Part shown: one piece after another, positions 50,533-60,056 of the stretch | Layout: the number at the start of each line of letters is the position of its first letter | Numbering within the stretch: the first letter of the stretch is position 1 | Origin: an uncultured Candidatus Binatia bacterium | Lineage (GTDB): Bacteria; Desulfobacterota; Binatia; UBA9968; JAJDTQ01 | Length of the DNA stretch: 64,000 bases | NCBI GenBank assembly: GCA_965242525.1 | Contig: OZ251459.1 | Location: forward strand, 2,848,001-2,912,000 | Reading direction: 5' to 3' | Notes under the pieces: model-generated | Databases searched by the model: none | Seen by the model: the letters and a program-made list of their open reading frames with translations, nothing else | Told to the model about the DNA's origin: nothing | Translations under genes and position numbers: made by a program

Positions 50533-53500
50533 TTAGTCGGCGCCGTCATTCGGGTCTTGGGGGAGCAGGCTGGCGGTCTTGGGGTCGGACGTCAAGCGCG
50601 CGAAGAACAGGTCCCGGGTGTCCTCGAAGATCTCCATGAGCAGGGGGTCGAGTTCGTGCTCCACCGGGATCTTGGCTCGCAAGGGGTCGATGTAGCGGTC
50701 GTTCTGCCACATCTCGAAGTGTAGGTGCGGGCCGGTGCACAGGCCGGAACACCCCACGTAGCCGATGGTCTGACCCTTCTTCACGGACACGCCGCGCCGG
50801 ATGCCGGGGCCGTAGCGCCTCAGGTGCGCGTACCGGGTCTTCATGGCCGTCCCGTGGGTCACCTCCACCATGCGGCCGTAGCCCCCCTTCCACTTGGCGT
50901 GGGTAACGCGCCCGTCCCCCACCGACCGCACCGGCGTGCCCGTCCGGGCGGCGAAATCCACCCCCAGGTGCGGCCGCCGCACCTTCAGGACGGGGTGGAA
51001 GCGGCTTTTGGAAAAACGCGAGCTGATGCGCCGGAACTCCAGGGGATAGCGCAGGAACGACCGGGACACCGAGCGGCCGCGGGCGTCGTAGTAATGGCCC
51101 GCGCCGTCGGCGCCCTCGAAATAGACCGCGGTGTGCTTGCGTCCCCGGTTGACGAACTCCACGGCCAGGACGTGGACCTCGGCCGACCCGGCGTTGCCCG
51201 GGCGGAACTTCCTCCGGTAGAGCAAGCGGTAGGTGTCGCCGGAGCGCAGGTCCCTGCGGAAGTCGATGTCCCAACCGAGGATGTCCACGATCCGGGAGAT
51301 GACCCCGACGTCCACCCCCGCGCGCTTGGCGCTGGCGTAGAGCGACCCCGACCCCTCGGCGATGCGGCCGCTCACGGACTTGACCTCCTGCCGGTACGGC
51401 ACCTCGTCCCGGTAGAACAGTATGCCCTGCTCGCCGCGGTACCATGTCAGGCGCAGGTTCGAGCGAAGCGCCACCTCCAGGGCCTGGATGCGTCCGGCCC
51501 CCTTGGACCCGGCGGCGCCGTTGCCGTTGCCGTTCGCGGGCGCCTCGAAGTACATGTGGATCCGGCTTCCGGCGCCGAGCTTGCGCACCTGCTTGTGCTG
51601 CTGGACCGCGGTGAGCCACAGCCGCCTCTCCCCGTCGTCCAGCACGTAGCGCCGGAGCACGCCCCACAGGTGCTCTCCCGATTTCAGCTTGTGGGTCACC
51701 CGTTCCGCGTCGTCGAGGGCGAGCGCCGGCCGGGTCCCGCCCCCGTTCCGGTCCGGCTGCGGCGCGTATGCCAGCAACCCGTTCCGTTGCTTGATCCAGG
51801 CCAGCGCGTACTCGGACAGGAGCCGCCCCTTCCGGGCGCCGGAAGCCGGGCCGTCGGAAGGCGCCTCGGTCACCGCGGACCGGCCTCGCCCCAGCACCCG
51901 GCCCGTCCCGAAACGGATGCCCTTCCCCACCCGCTCCCAGGTCAGCTTTCGCCCCTTCCGGACCTCCAGCTCCACCGCCTTGAGGCCTCCCCCCGGGGGA
52001 TTCGCCGACGCCTGGGCGAAATACAGGTGCAGGCGTTGTCCGGGCTTCAGCCTCGTGACCGGATACTGCTTGCCGATGGCGTTGGACCACGCGCTGCGTT
52101 CCTTGCCGGAGACGCCCAGGGACTTGAAGATGCGGCCCAGGGTCTGGCCCCTGGCGATGGTCTTCACCACCTTCCGGAGGGGCTCGACGGAGGGCGCGGA
52201 CGGCTCCGGGCCGCGCACGCGGGCGGGCTCGCCCGCCGCGGCCAGAGTCTTGACCGGCGCCGGCGGCGCGGCCGCGACCTCGCTCTCCACTACCCGTTGG
52301 TTCTTGCCCCGGTACGCGACCCCGTCGCCGGCCGCCTGCCACGTCAGCAAGTCCCCGCCCCTCGACTCGACCTGCAATGCGCGCAGGGTTCGCCTACCGC
52401 CGGCTTCGGACGCGAAGTAGAGGACCACCTTCCTGCCCGGATACAGCCGCTCGAGCGGATACCGTTTCCCGACCGCCCGAATCCAGCGGTTCGCCTCGGC
52501 CCGGAGTATCCCCTTGCCGCGCAGCACCCGGGTGAAGGTCTCCCCCTTGCGGATGACATGGATCACCCGCTCCACCGCCGGCGCCGCGGCCGCCGAAGGC
52601 TTGGCCGCCGTTTTCGTGGAAGTCTCCGCCGCGGCCGGCGGCGCGGCCGCGATCTCGCTCTCCGCTACCCGTTGGTTCTTGCCCCGGTACGCGATTCCGT
52701 CGTCAGCCACCTGCCACGTCAGCAGGTCTCGCCCTCGGGACTCGATCTGGAGCGCGCGCAGGGTCCGCGGCCTGCCGGGTTCGGAAGCGAGGTAGAGGAC
52801 CACCTTCCTGCCCGGATACAACCGCCTGAGCGAGTACCGTTTGCCCACCGCCTGGGTCCAGCGATGCGCCTCGGTCCTTAGTATCCCCTTGCCGCGCAGC
52901 ACCCGGGTGAGGGTCTCCCCCTTGCGGATGACGTGGGTCACCCGCTCCACCGAGGACGCTGCTTCCGCGGAAGGCCGGGGCGCCGGTTTCGTCGAGGTCT
53001 TCGCCGCGGCTTCCGGCGCGGCGGCAGGCGGTGCGGACCCGTCCCCCGGCGGCGTTTGCCGCGCCGCCGCGGTCACGGGGCGCAACTCCGCGTCCCGGTG
53101 ATAGACGATCCGGCCGCGGTCCAACTGCCAGGTCCGAGGCTTGGCGCCGGCGCGCTCGACCCGGAACGCCGTCATGCGGCCCGGGCCGGGCGCGCCCCAC
53201 TCCGAGACGAAGTAGAAGACGGCCGTATCCCCCTCGCCGAGGACGTTGGCCACGTCAACCCGTTCCCCTACCGCCCGGAGCCAGCGGTCCCTGGCGGCCC
53301 GGGGCACCCGGAGGTCCGCCAGCAGACGAGGCAAACGGTCGCCGGGACGGATCCGCTTGGTGACGCGCCGCTCGTGGGTGTCCGTTTCGGCGTCCGGCGG
53401 CGTCCCGCCCTGCTCGACGCGGGTGGACGCGGCCTCGGCCCGGGGGAGGTCCCCCACCGATGTGAACGAAAGGAACAGGGCAACGAAGCCGAGCCTGAGA

Positions 53501-53547
53501 AAGACCCGGGCGCTGCCCGACCACAGGTAGTTCGTTGCAACGAACAT
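50533..53547 (-). CDS. M23 peptidoglycan DD-endopeptidase (MepM-like) with five repeated LysM/OapA-like N-terminal modules
   Basis: HLGVDFAA, RYAHL, TGPHLHFE; repeated (I/L)xxG(D/E/Q)T...W......L.PG..V.LYF modules. Confidence 0.88.
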   Translation of the reverse strand: MFVATNYLWSGSARVFLRLGFVALFLSFTSVGDLPRAEAASTRVEQGGTPPDAETDTHERRVTKRIRPGDRLPRLLADLRVPRAARDRWLRAVGERVDVANVLGEGDTAVFYFVSEWGAPGPGRMTAFRVERAGAKPRTWQLDRGRIVYHRDAELRPVTAAARQTPPGDGSAPPAAAPEAAAKTSTKPAPRPSAEAASSVERVTHVIRKGETLTRVLRGKGILRTEAHRWTQAVGKRYSLRRLYPGRKVVLYLASEPGRPRTLRALQIESRGRDLLTWQVADDGIAYRGKNQRVAESEIAAAPPAAAETSTKTAAKPSAAAAPAVERVIHVIRKGETFTRVLRGKGILRAEANRWIRAVGKRYPLERLYPGRKVVLYFASEAGGRRTLRALQVESRGGDLLTWQAAGDGVAYRGKNQRVVESEVAAAPPAPVKTLAAAGEPARVRGPEPSAPSVEPLRKVVKTIARGQTLGRIFKSLGVSGKERSAWSNAIGKQYPVTRLKPGQRLHLYFAQASANPPGGGLKAVELEVRKGRKLTWERVGKGIRFGTGRVLGRGRSAVTEAPSDGPASGARKGRLLSEYALAWIKQRNGLLAYAPQPDRNGGGTRPALALDDAERVTHKLKSGEHLWGVLRRYVLDDGERRLWLTAVQQHKQVRKLGAGSRIHMYFEAPANGNGNGAAGSKGAGRIQALEVALRSNLRLTWYRGEQGILFYRDEVPYRQEVKSVSGRIAEGSGSLYASAKRAGVDVGVISRIVDILGWDIDFRRDLRSGDTYRLLYRRKFRPGNAGSAEVHVLAVEFVNRGRKHTAVYFEGADGAGHYYDARGRSVSRSFLRYPLEFRRISSRFSKSRFHPVLKVRRPHLGVDFAARTGTPVRSVGDGRVTHAKWKGGYGRMVEVTHGTAMKTRYAHLRRYGPGIRRGVSVKKGQTIGYVGCSGLCTGPHLHFEMWQNDRYIDPLRAKIPVEHELDPLLMEIFEDTRDLFFARLTSDPKTASLLPQDPNDGAD
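52259..53010. repeat. Intragenic tandem duplication, period ~375 bp (125 aa)
   Basis: 52259-52633 closely matches 52634-53010 (VERVxHVIRKGETxTRVLRGKGILR...YRGKNQRVxESE). Confidence 0.85.
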
Positions 53548-53647
53548 GGAGAAAGGGTCGGCTGCCTACTGTCTATCATACCCGGACCGGACGGTCCAAC
53601 ACAACCCGGGGGAGACGACGGCGGGCCGCCCCCGGCCGGAACCCCCG

Positions 53648-54808
53648 TCAGCCCTCCTGGCGGTTGGCCTTCCGGTACCCCAGGGCGTCCTGGGCGATGA
53701 TCAGCTTGTGGATGTTCGACGAACCTTCGACGATCTGGTAGGACTTGGCGTCCCGCAGGTAACGCTCTACCGGAAACTCGGTGGAATATCCATAGGCCCC
53801 CAGGATCTTGAAGGCGTCGTCCGCGGCATGGGCGGCCGCCTCCGCCGCGGCGTACTTGGCCATGGACACCTGGAGGTCGTTGGGCTGCCGCCGGTCCGCG
53901 AGACAGGCCGCCCGATAGACCAGCAGGCGCGCCGCCTCTTCCTCCACGATCATCCGGGCCAGACTGTCCTGGATCATCTGGAAGCGTCCGATCTCCCGGC
54001 CGAACTGCTTGCGCTGGTTGGCGTAGGCCACGGCCGCCTCCCGAGCGGCCCGGGCCACGCCGAGGGCACCGGCCGCGCAGCTCAGGCGGGTCTGGTTGAG
54101 CTGCCACATGCACATGGCGAACCCCTGGCCCTCGGCGCCCACACGATGCCCTTCGGGCACCGGCGCGTGGTCGAACTCCAGGGTCCCGGTGGGCGACGCC
54201 AGGGCGCCCATCTTGTCCAGGGAGCTGCGGCGCACGCCGGCCCCGTCCAGCTCCACCATGAAGGCGGACAGTCCGCGGCGCCCCGCGGCCCGGTCGGTCA
54301 CCGCATAGACCAGGGCCAGGTCGGCCACCGGCGCGTTGGAGATCCAGGTCTTGGTCCCCTCGAGGACGTAGCCGTCGTCGGTCCGGACGGCCCGGGTGGA
54401 CATGGAGGCCACGTCGGAGCCCGCGTCGGGCTCGGTGATGGCGAAGCAGCCGATGCGGGACGCGTCCACCAGACCCGGGATCCAGCGGCGCTTCTGCTCT
54501 TCGGCGCCGAACCGGGCCAGCGTCACCGCGGGCGCAAGCTGCGTGTTGACGTGCACCCGGACCGAGCTGTGCACCCGCGCGATCTCCTCCGTCAGGAGCG
54601 CCATGGCCAAATAGCCCAGACCGGTGCCGCCGTACTCTTCGGGGACCACGCAGCCGAAGAAGCCCAGCCGCCCCATCTTCTCGAAGACGTCCCGACGGAA
54701 GCGATGTTCCCGGTCGTCCGCGGCCGCGGTGGGAGCGATCTCCTTCTCCGCGAACTCGCGGCCCAGCTCCCTTACCGCAAGCAGCTCGTCCGAAAGCTCG
54801 AAGTCCAT
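53648..54808 (-). CDS. Acyl-CoA dehydrogenase
   Basis: FAITEPDAGSD, GTKTWISNA, RKQFGREIGRFQ, ERYLRDAKSYQIVEGSSNI. Confidence 0.93.
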   Translation of the reverse strand: MDFELSDELLAVRELGREFAEKEIAPTAAADDREHRFRRDVFEKMGRLGFFGCVVPEEYGGTGLGYLAMALLTEEIARVHSSVRVHVNTQLAPAVTLARFGAEEQKRRWIPGLVDASRIGCFAITEPDAGSDVASMSTRAVRTDDGYVLEGTKTWISNAPVADLALVYAVTDRAAGRRGLSAFMVELDGAGVRRSSLDKMGALASPTGTLEFDHAPVPEGHRVGAEGQGFAMCMWQLNQTRLSCAAGALGVARAAREAAVAYANQRKQFGREIGRFQMIQDSLARMIVEEEAARLLVYRAACLADRRQPNDLQVSMAKYAAAEAAAHAADDAFKILGAYGYSTEFPVERYLRDAKSYQIVEGSSNIHKLIIAQDALGYRKANRQEG

Positions 54809-54854
54809 GGGTCCTCCCGCGGGGAAGATGGAGGCGGTGGAGACCGGACCCCGG

Positions 54855-56000
54855 TCAGGACGCCCCCAGCAGGTCGCGCGCGATGATCAGCTTCTGGATC
54901 TCCGACGTGCCCTCGTAGATGCGCAACGCGCGCACGTCGCGATAGAGCCGTTCCATGACGCTCCCCGCCACGAGTCCCCGGCCCCCGTGGATTTGCAGCG
55001 CCTCATCGACGATGCGCTGGGCCGCCTCGGTGGCGAAGAGCTTGGCCATGGACGACCTGCGGCCCAGGCCCGCCTCGTCCTCGTCGTGGGCCCGGGCCGC
55101 CCGATAGACCAGCAGGCGCGCGGCCTGGAGCTCGGTGGCCATCTCCGCGACCTTGAAGCGGATGGCCTGGAAGCGGCCGATGGCGCGGCCGAACTGGCGC
55201 CGGCGCCGCGCATGGCGGACCGCTTCGGCCAGGGCCCGGGCGGCCATGCCGGTGGCCGCGGCGCCGACGCTGCAACGCAGCGCCTCCAGGGTCCCGATGG
55301 CGATGGCGAGGCCCTGGCCGGGCCTGCCCAGGAGTCGGGTCTCCGGCACGCGGCAACCCTCGAACGCCACCGCGCCGATGGGATGGGGCGAGAGCAGTGC
55401 CGGACGCTCGGTGACGGTCACCCCCGGCGTCGCGGCCTCCACCAGGAAGGCGCTGAGGCCGCGGCCCTTGCGCGCCGGATGCGTGCTGCCGAAGACCACG
55501 TAGAGATGCGCCAGGCCGGCGTTGGAAACGAGGCTCTTGACCCCGTCGAGCACGTACCCCCCGCTCCGCTTCCTGGCCCGCAGCCGGGCCGAAGCCGGGT
55601 CCGAGCCGGCCTCGGGCTCCGTCAGGGCGAAGGCGCCCACGTCCCGGCCCGCGGCCAGACGCGGCAGGTATGCGGCCTTCTGCTCCGGCGTCCCCGTGCT
55701 CGCCAACGGGTACGCGGCCAGCGCCTGCACCGCGAACAGGGTGTCCGCCAGGGGCGACACCCCCGCCAGGGTCTCCCGGATGACGCAGAGGTCCCGGGCC
55801 TGCACCCTGGGGCGCACGCCCCCGAAACCGCGCGGCGCCACGTGGCGGAAGACCCCCCGCTCGGCGAGCTTGCGGAACACCGCCTCCGCGGCCGCGTCGC
55901 CGCGGTCCGGGTCGATGCCGCCCAACTCGGCCTCCGCCCACGCCGACAGTCCCCTCTGCAAACGGGCCTGCGGCGCAGGCAGGCCGTCCCCCGTGTCCAT
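54855..56000 (-). CDS. Acyl-CoA dehydrogenase
   Basis: FALTEPEAGSD, RRQFGRAIGRFQ, ERLYRDVRALRIYEGTSEIQ; ATG 56000 (upstream ORF extension runs through a MITE). Confidence 0.92.
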   Translation of the reverse strand: MDTGDGLPAPQARLQRGLSAWAEAELGGIDPDRGDAAAEAVFRKLAERGVFRHVAPRGFGGVRPRVQARDLCVIRETLAGVSPLADTLFAVQALAAYPLASTGTPEQKAAYLPRLAAGRDVGAFALTEPEAGSDPASARLRARKRSGGYVLDGVKSLVSNAGLAHLYVVFGSTHPARKGRGLSAFLVEAATPGVTVTERPALLSPHPIGAVAFEGCRVPETRLLGRPGQGLAIAIGTLEALRCSVGAAATGMAARALAEAVRHARRRRQFGRAIGRFQAIRFKVAEMATELQAARLLVYRAARAHDEDEAGLGRRSSMAKLFATEAAQRIVDEALQIHGGRGLVAGSVMERLYRDVRALRIYEGTSEIQKLIIARDLLGAS

Positions 56001-56047
56001 GTCTCGCGCTCCCGGCGTCCGCTCCGCTGGCCGGCGCCCGTTCTTCA

Positions 56048-56128
56048 GGAACCGCTGGACAATGAGCGCGTCCTTCGACTCCGCTTCGCTACGCTCAGGA
56101 CGAACGGGGGTCATCGTTCCGGGCTTCC
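56048..56128 (+). mobile_element. Minimal MITE family 1 copy with perfect TSD (TTCA)
   Basis: TTCA|GGAACCGCTGGACAAT ... CATCGTTCCGGGCTTCC|TTCA; the TSD contains the stop codon of the upstream enoyl-CoA hydratase. Confidence 0.85.
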
Positions 56129-56129
56129 T

Positions 56130-56936
56130 TCAGTCCCGGTCCCCGCCGCCGCGGTTGAACCGGGGCGCTTCCCGCTCCATGAACGCACGGAAGCCTTCGC
56201 GGAAGTCGGCCGTCTGCATGCAATGGGCCTGGGTCACGGCCTCCATCTCCAGGGCCGCGTCGAGACCCATCCCGGCTTCCAGGTCCAGGAGTTTCTTGGT
56301 CGCCCCGATGGCGAACCGGGGTCCGTCCTGCAGCCGCCGGGCCAGCCGGAGGGCCTCCGGCATGAGGACGTCGTGGGGCACCACCCGGTTGGCCAAGCCG
56401 ATCCGGTAGGCTTCCGCGGCGTCGATGGCGTCTCCCAGGGAAAGCAGTTCCATGGCGCGACCGAGGCCCACGATGCGCGGCAGCAGGTGGACGGCGCCCA
56501 TGTCCGACCCGGCCAGCCCCACCTTGACGAACAGGAAGGCCACCTTCGCCCGCTCCGACAGCAACCGGAAGTCGCTCGCCAGGGCGAGGGCCGCGCCCGC
56601 CCCCGCGGCCATGCCGTTCACCGCGGCGATGACGGGTTTCTCCAGCCGGCGCATGTTGCGCACCACGTCGCAGGTGAGCCGGGTGAAACGGTACAGCCCG
56701 GCGCCGTCCATCTTCAAGAGCTCGCCGATGATGTCATTGACGCTGCCCCCGGAGCAGAAACCCTTGCCCGCGCCGGTGAGGATCAGCACGTTCACCCCGC
56801 GGTCCGCGGCCAAGGCCCCGGTCAACTCCGCCAACTCCTCGTAGGCCCGGAAGGTGAGGGCGTTGAGCTGCTCCGGGTTGTCGAGACGGACGGTGGCGAT
56901 GCCGTCGTCCACCGAATAGTCGAAACTCTCGTACAC
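56130..56936 (-). CDS. Enoyl-CoA hydratase/isomerase family protein
   Basis: NALT, FCSGG, KPVIAAVNGMAAGAG, LPRIVGLGRA, DFREGFRAF. Confidence 0.93.
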   Translation of the reverse strand: MYESFDYSVDDGIATVRLDNPEQLNALTFRAYEELAELTGALAADRGVNVLILTGAGKGFCSGGSVNDIIGELLKMDGAGLYRFTRLTCDVVRNMRRLEKPVIAAVNGMAAGAGAALALASDFRLLSERAKVAFLFVKVGLAGSDMGAVHLLPRIVGLGRAMELLSLGDAIDAAEAYRIGLANRVVPHDVLMPEALRLARRLQDGPRFAIGATKKLLDLEAGMGLDAALEMEAVTQAHCMQTADFREGFRAFMEREAPRFNRGGGDRD

Positions 56937-56957
56937 GGTTCCGGCCTCCCCCTGTCC

Positions 56958-57734
56958 TCAGCCCATGACCGCGCCGCCATCCACGTGGATGCCCTGGCCG
57001 GTGACGGCGTCGGCCGCGGGGCTCGCCAGGAACACCGCGAGGTCCGCGACCTCGCCCGCGGCCATCAGCCGTCGCTGGGGCGACGTGCGGGCAAAGCGCT
57101 CCAGCGCCTCCGGCGTCGTGCCACCGGTCCTTGCGGCCATGCGCCGCGCGTTCTCGCGGGTGAGCTCCGTATCCACGTATCCGGGACAGATGGCGTTGAC
57201 GGTGACCCCGTCCCGCGCCGTCTCCAGGGCCACCGCCCGGGTGAGGCCCAGCACAGCGTGCTTGGAGGCGGTGTAGGCCGCGGTGTTGCGGTACGCGGTC
57301 CTGGCGGTGGTGGAGGCGACGTTGATGACGCGGCCCCAGCCGGCGCCGACCATCGCCCCCAGGAACCGCTTGCAGCAATAGGATGTCCCCAGGAAGTTCA
57401 CCCGCAACACTTCCTCCAGCAGCGCGTCGTCCATCTCCAGGAAGCCTGCGGCAGGGGCGATGCCGGCGCCGTTCACGAGGACCTGCACCACCCCCAGCCC
57501 GCGCGCGGTCTCCGCCAGAGCGTCCACCGAGGCGGGGGAACCCACGTCGCAGGTCACCGGGAATGCCTCGCGCCCGTACCCTCGTATCTCCGCGGCCACC
57601 TGCTCCAGAGGCTCCCGCGTCCGCGCGGCGAGCACCACGCGGCAGCCTTCCCGGGCCAGCGCCAAGGCCACGGCGCGGCCGATGCCGCGGCCGGCGCCGG
57701 TGACGAGAGCGAGCCTGTCCGCCAGCGAATCCAC
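56958..57734 (-). CDS. Short-chain dehydrogenase/reductase
   Basis: TGAGRGIG, NGAG, YTASK, NAICPGYVDT, VDGG; GTG start 57734. Confidence 0.92.
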   Translation of the reverse strand: MDSLADRLALVTGAGRGIGRAVALALAREGCRVVLAARTREPLEQVAAEIRGYGREAFPVTCDVGSPASVDALAETARGLGVVQVLVNGAGIAPAAGFLEMDDALLEEVLRVNFLGTSYCCKRFLGAMVGAGWGRVINVASTTARTAYRNTAAYTASKHAVLGLTRAVALETARDGVTVNAICPGYVDTELTRENARRMAARTGGTTPEALERFARTSPQRRLMAAGEVADLAVFLASPAADAVTGQGIHVDGGAVMG

Positions 57735-57912
57735 CGAGTGTCCCCTGCTTGCGGCGAGCCGTCGGCCGGGAACCGGCTTCGGTCCAATCCAACGCAGGCT
57801 TCGAGTGGCCTGCGCACGTTCCCGCACGCGGTCGCCGCCACATGAACTTACCAGACGCGACGCCAACGTGTAACGCCGTCGCCCGGCCCGAAGCACGGCA
57901 GGGCACTGTGAA

Positions 57913-58022
57913 GGAACGTCTGACCCATTCCGGCTTGGACTCCCTCTCCTGGTGGGAAAGCGCGTCCTTCGACTTCGCTTCGCTACGCTCAGGACGAACG
58001 GGGGTAATCGTTCGGAGTTTCC
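57913..58022 (+). mobile_element. MITE family 1 copy with perfect TSD (TGAA)
   Basis: TGAA|GGAACGTCTGACCCATT ... AATCGTTCGGAGTTTCC|TGAA. Confidence 0.85.
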
Positions 58023-58142
58023 TGAAGTCGCTTCCGGCTTTCGTGTGGGTAAGGCAGGAGGGAAAAGGCCGTCATTCCACCCCTTCCACGAGGCCTGCCC
58101 CGGCAGGCAGTAAGCCGAGAGGCAGGCTCCGCGGATGTCCGC

Positions 58143-58606
58143 CCCGTCATTCCCGCAGACGCCCCACACCCGTCATTCCCGCGAAAGCGGGAATCCATCC
58201 GGTTTCATCGCCCTCGTTGTACAAATCTCTTCGTCTCGAATTACCCTTCTCGGTCCACTCCATCTTCCATGTCCGATTCCATTTCCTGACCGCCCTTTTC
58301 TCTCTGGACCGAAATGCAGGGCGCCAGTGGGTTTGCTCGCAAGGATGGAAACACGGGGAGTTTGCACATGAACGGATGGATTCCCGCTTTCGCGGGAATG
58401 ACGAGGTGGGCTTTTGCAGGAATGAGGGAGTGGCATCCGCAGGAATGACCGGGCGGCATCCGCCAGAGAGGACGGGGCAGGCGTCCGCGGGAATGGCGGA
58501 GCGGGCATCCGTCAGAGAGGACGGGGCGGGCGTCCGCTGGAATGACGGGGCGGGCGTCCGCTGGGAGGACGGAATGGCGCCCGCAGGAATGGCGGAGCGG
58601 GCGTCC
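58143..58606. repeat. Family 2 REP element: inverted REPs (58171-58200, 58374-58403) with outward tandem 23-25 bp half-REP units
   Basis: CGTCATTCCCGCGAAAGCGGGAATCCATCC and its exact reverse complement; about 8 units of GGGCGTCCGCNGGAATGACG at 58404-58606. Confidence 0.85.
58205..58369 (-). pseudogene. Internally deleted, frameshifted GIY-YIG nuclease relic (small stand-alone family)
   Basis: One frame gives VSILASKPTGALHFG (cf. VYILASKxNGTLYIG); another gives REKRAVRKWNRTWKMEWTEKGNSRRRDLYNE (cf. REKxLKKWxRxWKxxLIExxNPxWxDLY). Confidence 0.75.
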
Positions 58607-58769
58607 TCAGTCGAAAGACCCAAGAGCCTCGTGCGGTTCGGTGGCATGGCTTTTGCGTTTCTGTGGAGGCAGCGGGGAGACGTTAGCCGCTTGTAGATGG
58701 AGCCGCGCGGATTGTGGTAAGTGCATCCGCGTCCGAACCGGCAAGTACGCCGGGTGGAAGGAGGTCGTT

Positions 58770-60041
58770 ATGCGAGGCCATGGGAGTTGTGCCGCCTTAC
58801 TGTGGATCGGGGCGTTGGTGTGGACGGTCCATGCCGCGGACGCGGCGCCGAACCTGCTGACGCTGCACGACGCCGAACGTCTGGCCCTGGAGAACCATCC
58901 GGGCATCCGCGCCGCCACCGAACGGGTGAAGGTGCAGGAGGCGGTGGTGCAGAGGGCCTGGGCCGGCTACGTTCCCACGCTCAGCGCCAGGGGCGTGTAC
59001 GAGAACAGGACGGTGGAGAGTCCACTCGCGGACAGGAACCTCTACAACACCACGGGCGCGGTGAACTGGCTGGTGACCGACTTCGGCCGCCGCGAGGGCT
59101 CCATACGACGCGAAGAGGACACCCTGGAAGCGCGCCGCTTCGCCCGGCGGACGTCGGTGGAAGAGGTGCTGCTCACGGTGCGGCGGTTCTTCTTCGAGTA
59201 CCTCCGGGCCGAGGCGCTGGTGCGGGTGGAGCAGGACACGGTCAAGGACCGCGAAGCGCTGGTGCGGCAGGCCCGGGGGTTCTTCGAAGTGGGCACCCGG
59301 CCCAAGATCGACGTGGCCCGGGCGGAAGCAAGCCTCTTCGCCGCCAAGGCGAACCTCATCGGCGCCCAGAACGGCGTCAAGCTCGCGTGGGCCCGGCTCA
59401 AGAACGCCATGGGCGTGACGCGGTTCGAGCAGCGCCCGGTGGCCGCGGAAGTCAACGTCCAGCCCACGACCCTTTCCCTGGAGGAGGCGGTGGCGGCGGC
59501 CTTCGAATCACGCACCGAGCTCGAGGACTTCCGGTCGCGCCTCGACGCCGGCCAGGAAGCCATCGAATTGGCCAGGAAGGCCCGCCTGCCGAGGATCCAG
59601 TTCGACGGGCAATACGGCTGGCGCTGGCACGACGAGCAGGACGTCGTAAGGTCCTCGCTGACCCTGACCGTTCCCCTGTTCGCCGAGTTCACCATCCGGC
59701 CCGACATCGAGAGGAACGTCCGGGAGTACCACGCGGTCAAGGCGCAACAGGACGAGCAACGCCAACGCATCGCCCTGGAGGTGGAGGAAAGCTATCTCGC
59801 GGTGCTGGAGGCGGGGGAGCGGATCAAGGCCAACGAGGCGCAGAAGAAGTCGGCCAAGGAAAACCTCGACTTGGCCAACGGCCGATACCAGGTGGGGGTG
59901 GGGTCCATCATCGAGATCACCGAAGCGCAGGTGGTCCACACCCGGGCCCAGACGGACCACATACGGTCCATCTACGACCACAAGCTGGCCGAGGCGCGGC
60001 TCGCCCGGGCCATGGGCAAGGGTTCCGCATTCAGCCCGTGA
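58770..60041 (+). CDS. TolC-family outer membrane protein
   Basis: AAGGAGG RBS, signal peptide, LTLHDAERLALENHP, FEVGTRPKIDV, RYQVGVGSIIEITEAQ. Confidence 0.9.
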   Translation: MRGHGSCAALLWIGALVWTVHAADAAPNLLTLHDAERLALENHPGIRAATERVKVQEAVVQRAWAGYVPTLSARGVYENRTVESPLADRNLYNTTGAVNWLVTDFGRREGSIRREEDTLEARRFARRTSVEEVLLTVRRFFFEYLRAEALVRVEQDTVKDREALVRQARGFFEVGTRPKIDVARAEASLFAAKANLIGAQNGVKLAWARLKNAMGVTRFEQRPVAAEVNVQPTTLSLEEAVAAAFESRTELEDFRSRLDAGQEAIELARKARLPRIQFDGQYGWRWHDEQDVVRSSLTLTVPLFAEFTIRPDIERNVREYHAVKAQQDEQRQRIALEVEESYLAVLEAGERIKANEAQKKSAKENLDLANGRYQVGVGSIIEITEAQVVHTRAQTDHIRSIYDHKLAEARLARAMGKGSAFSP

Positions 60042-60056
60042 CGCGGGCGGGCGGCG

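Noticed and set aside
58404-58606. Possible CRISPR or mini-array
   Set aside because: Contiguous ~24-bp degenerate half-REP units without spacers.
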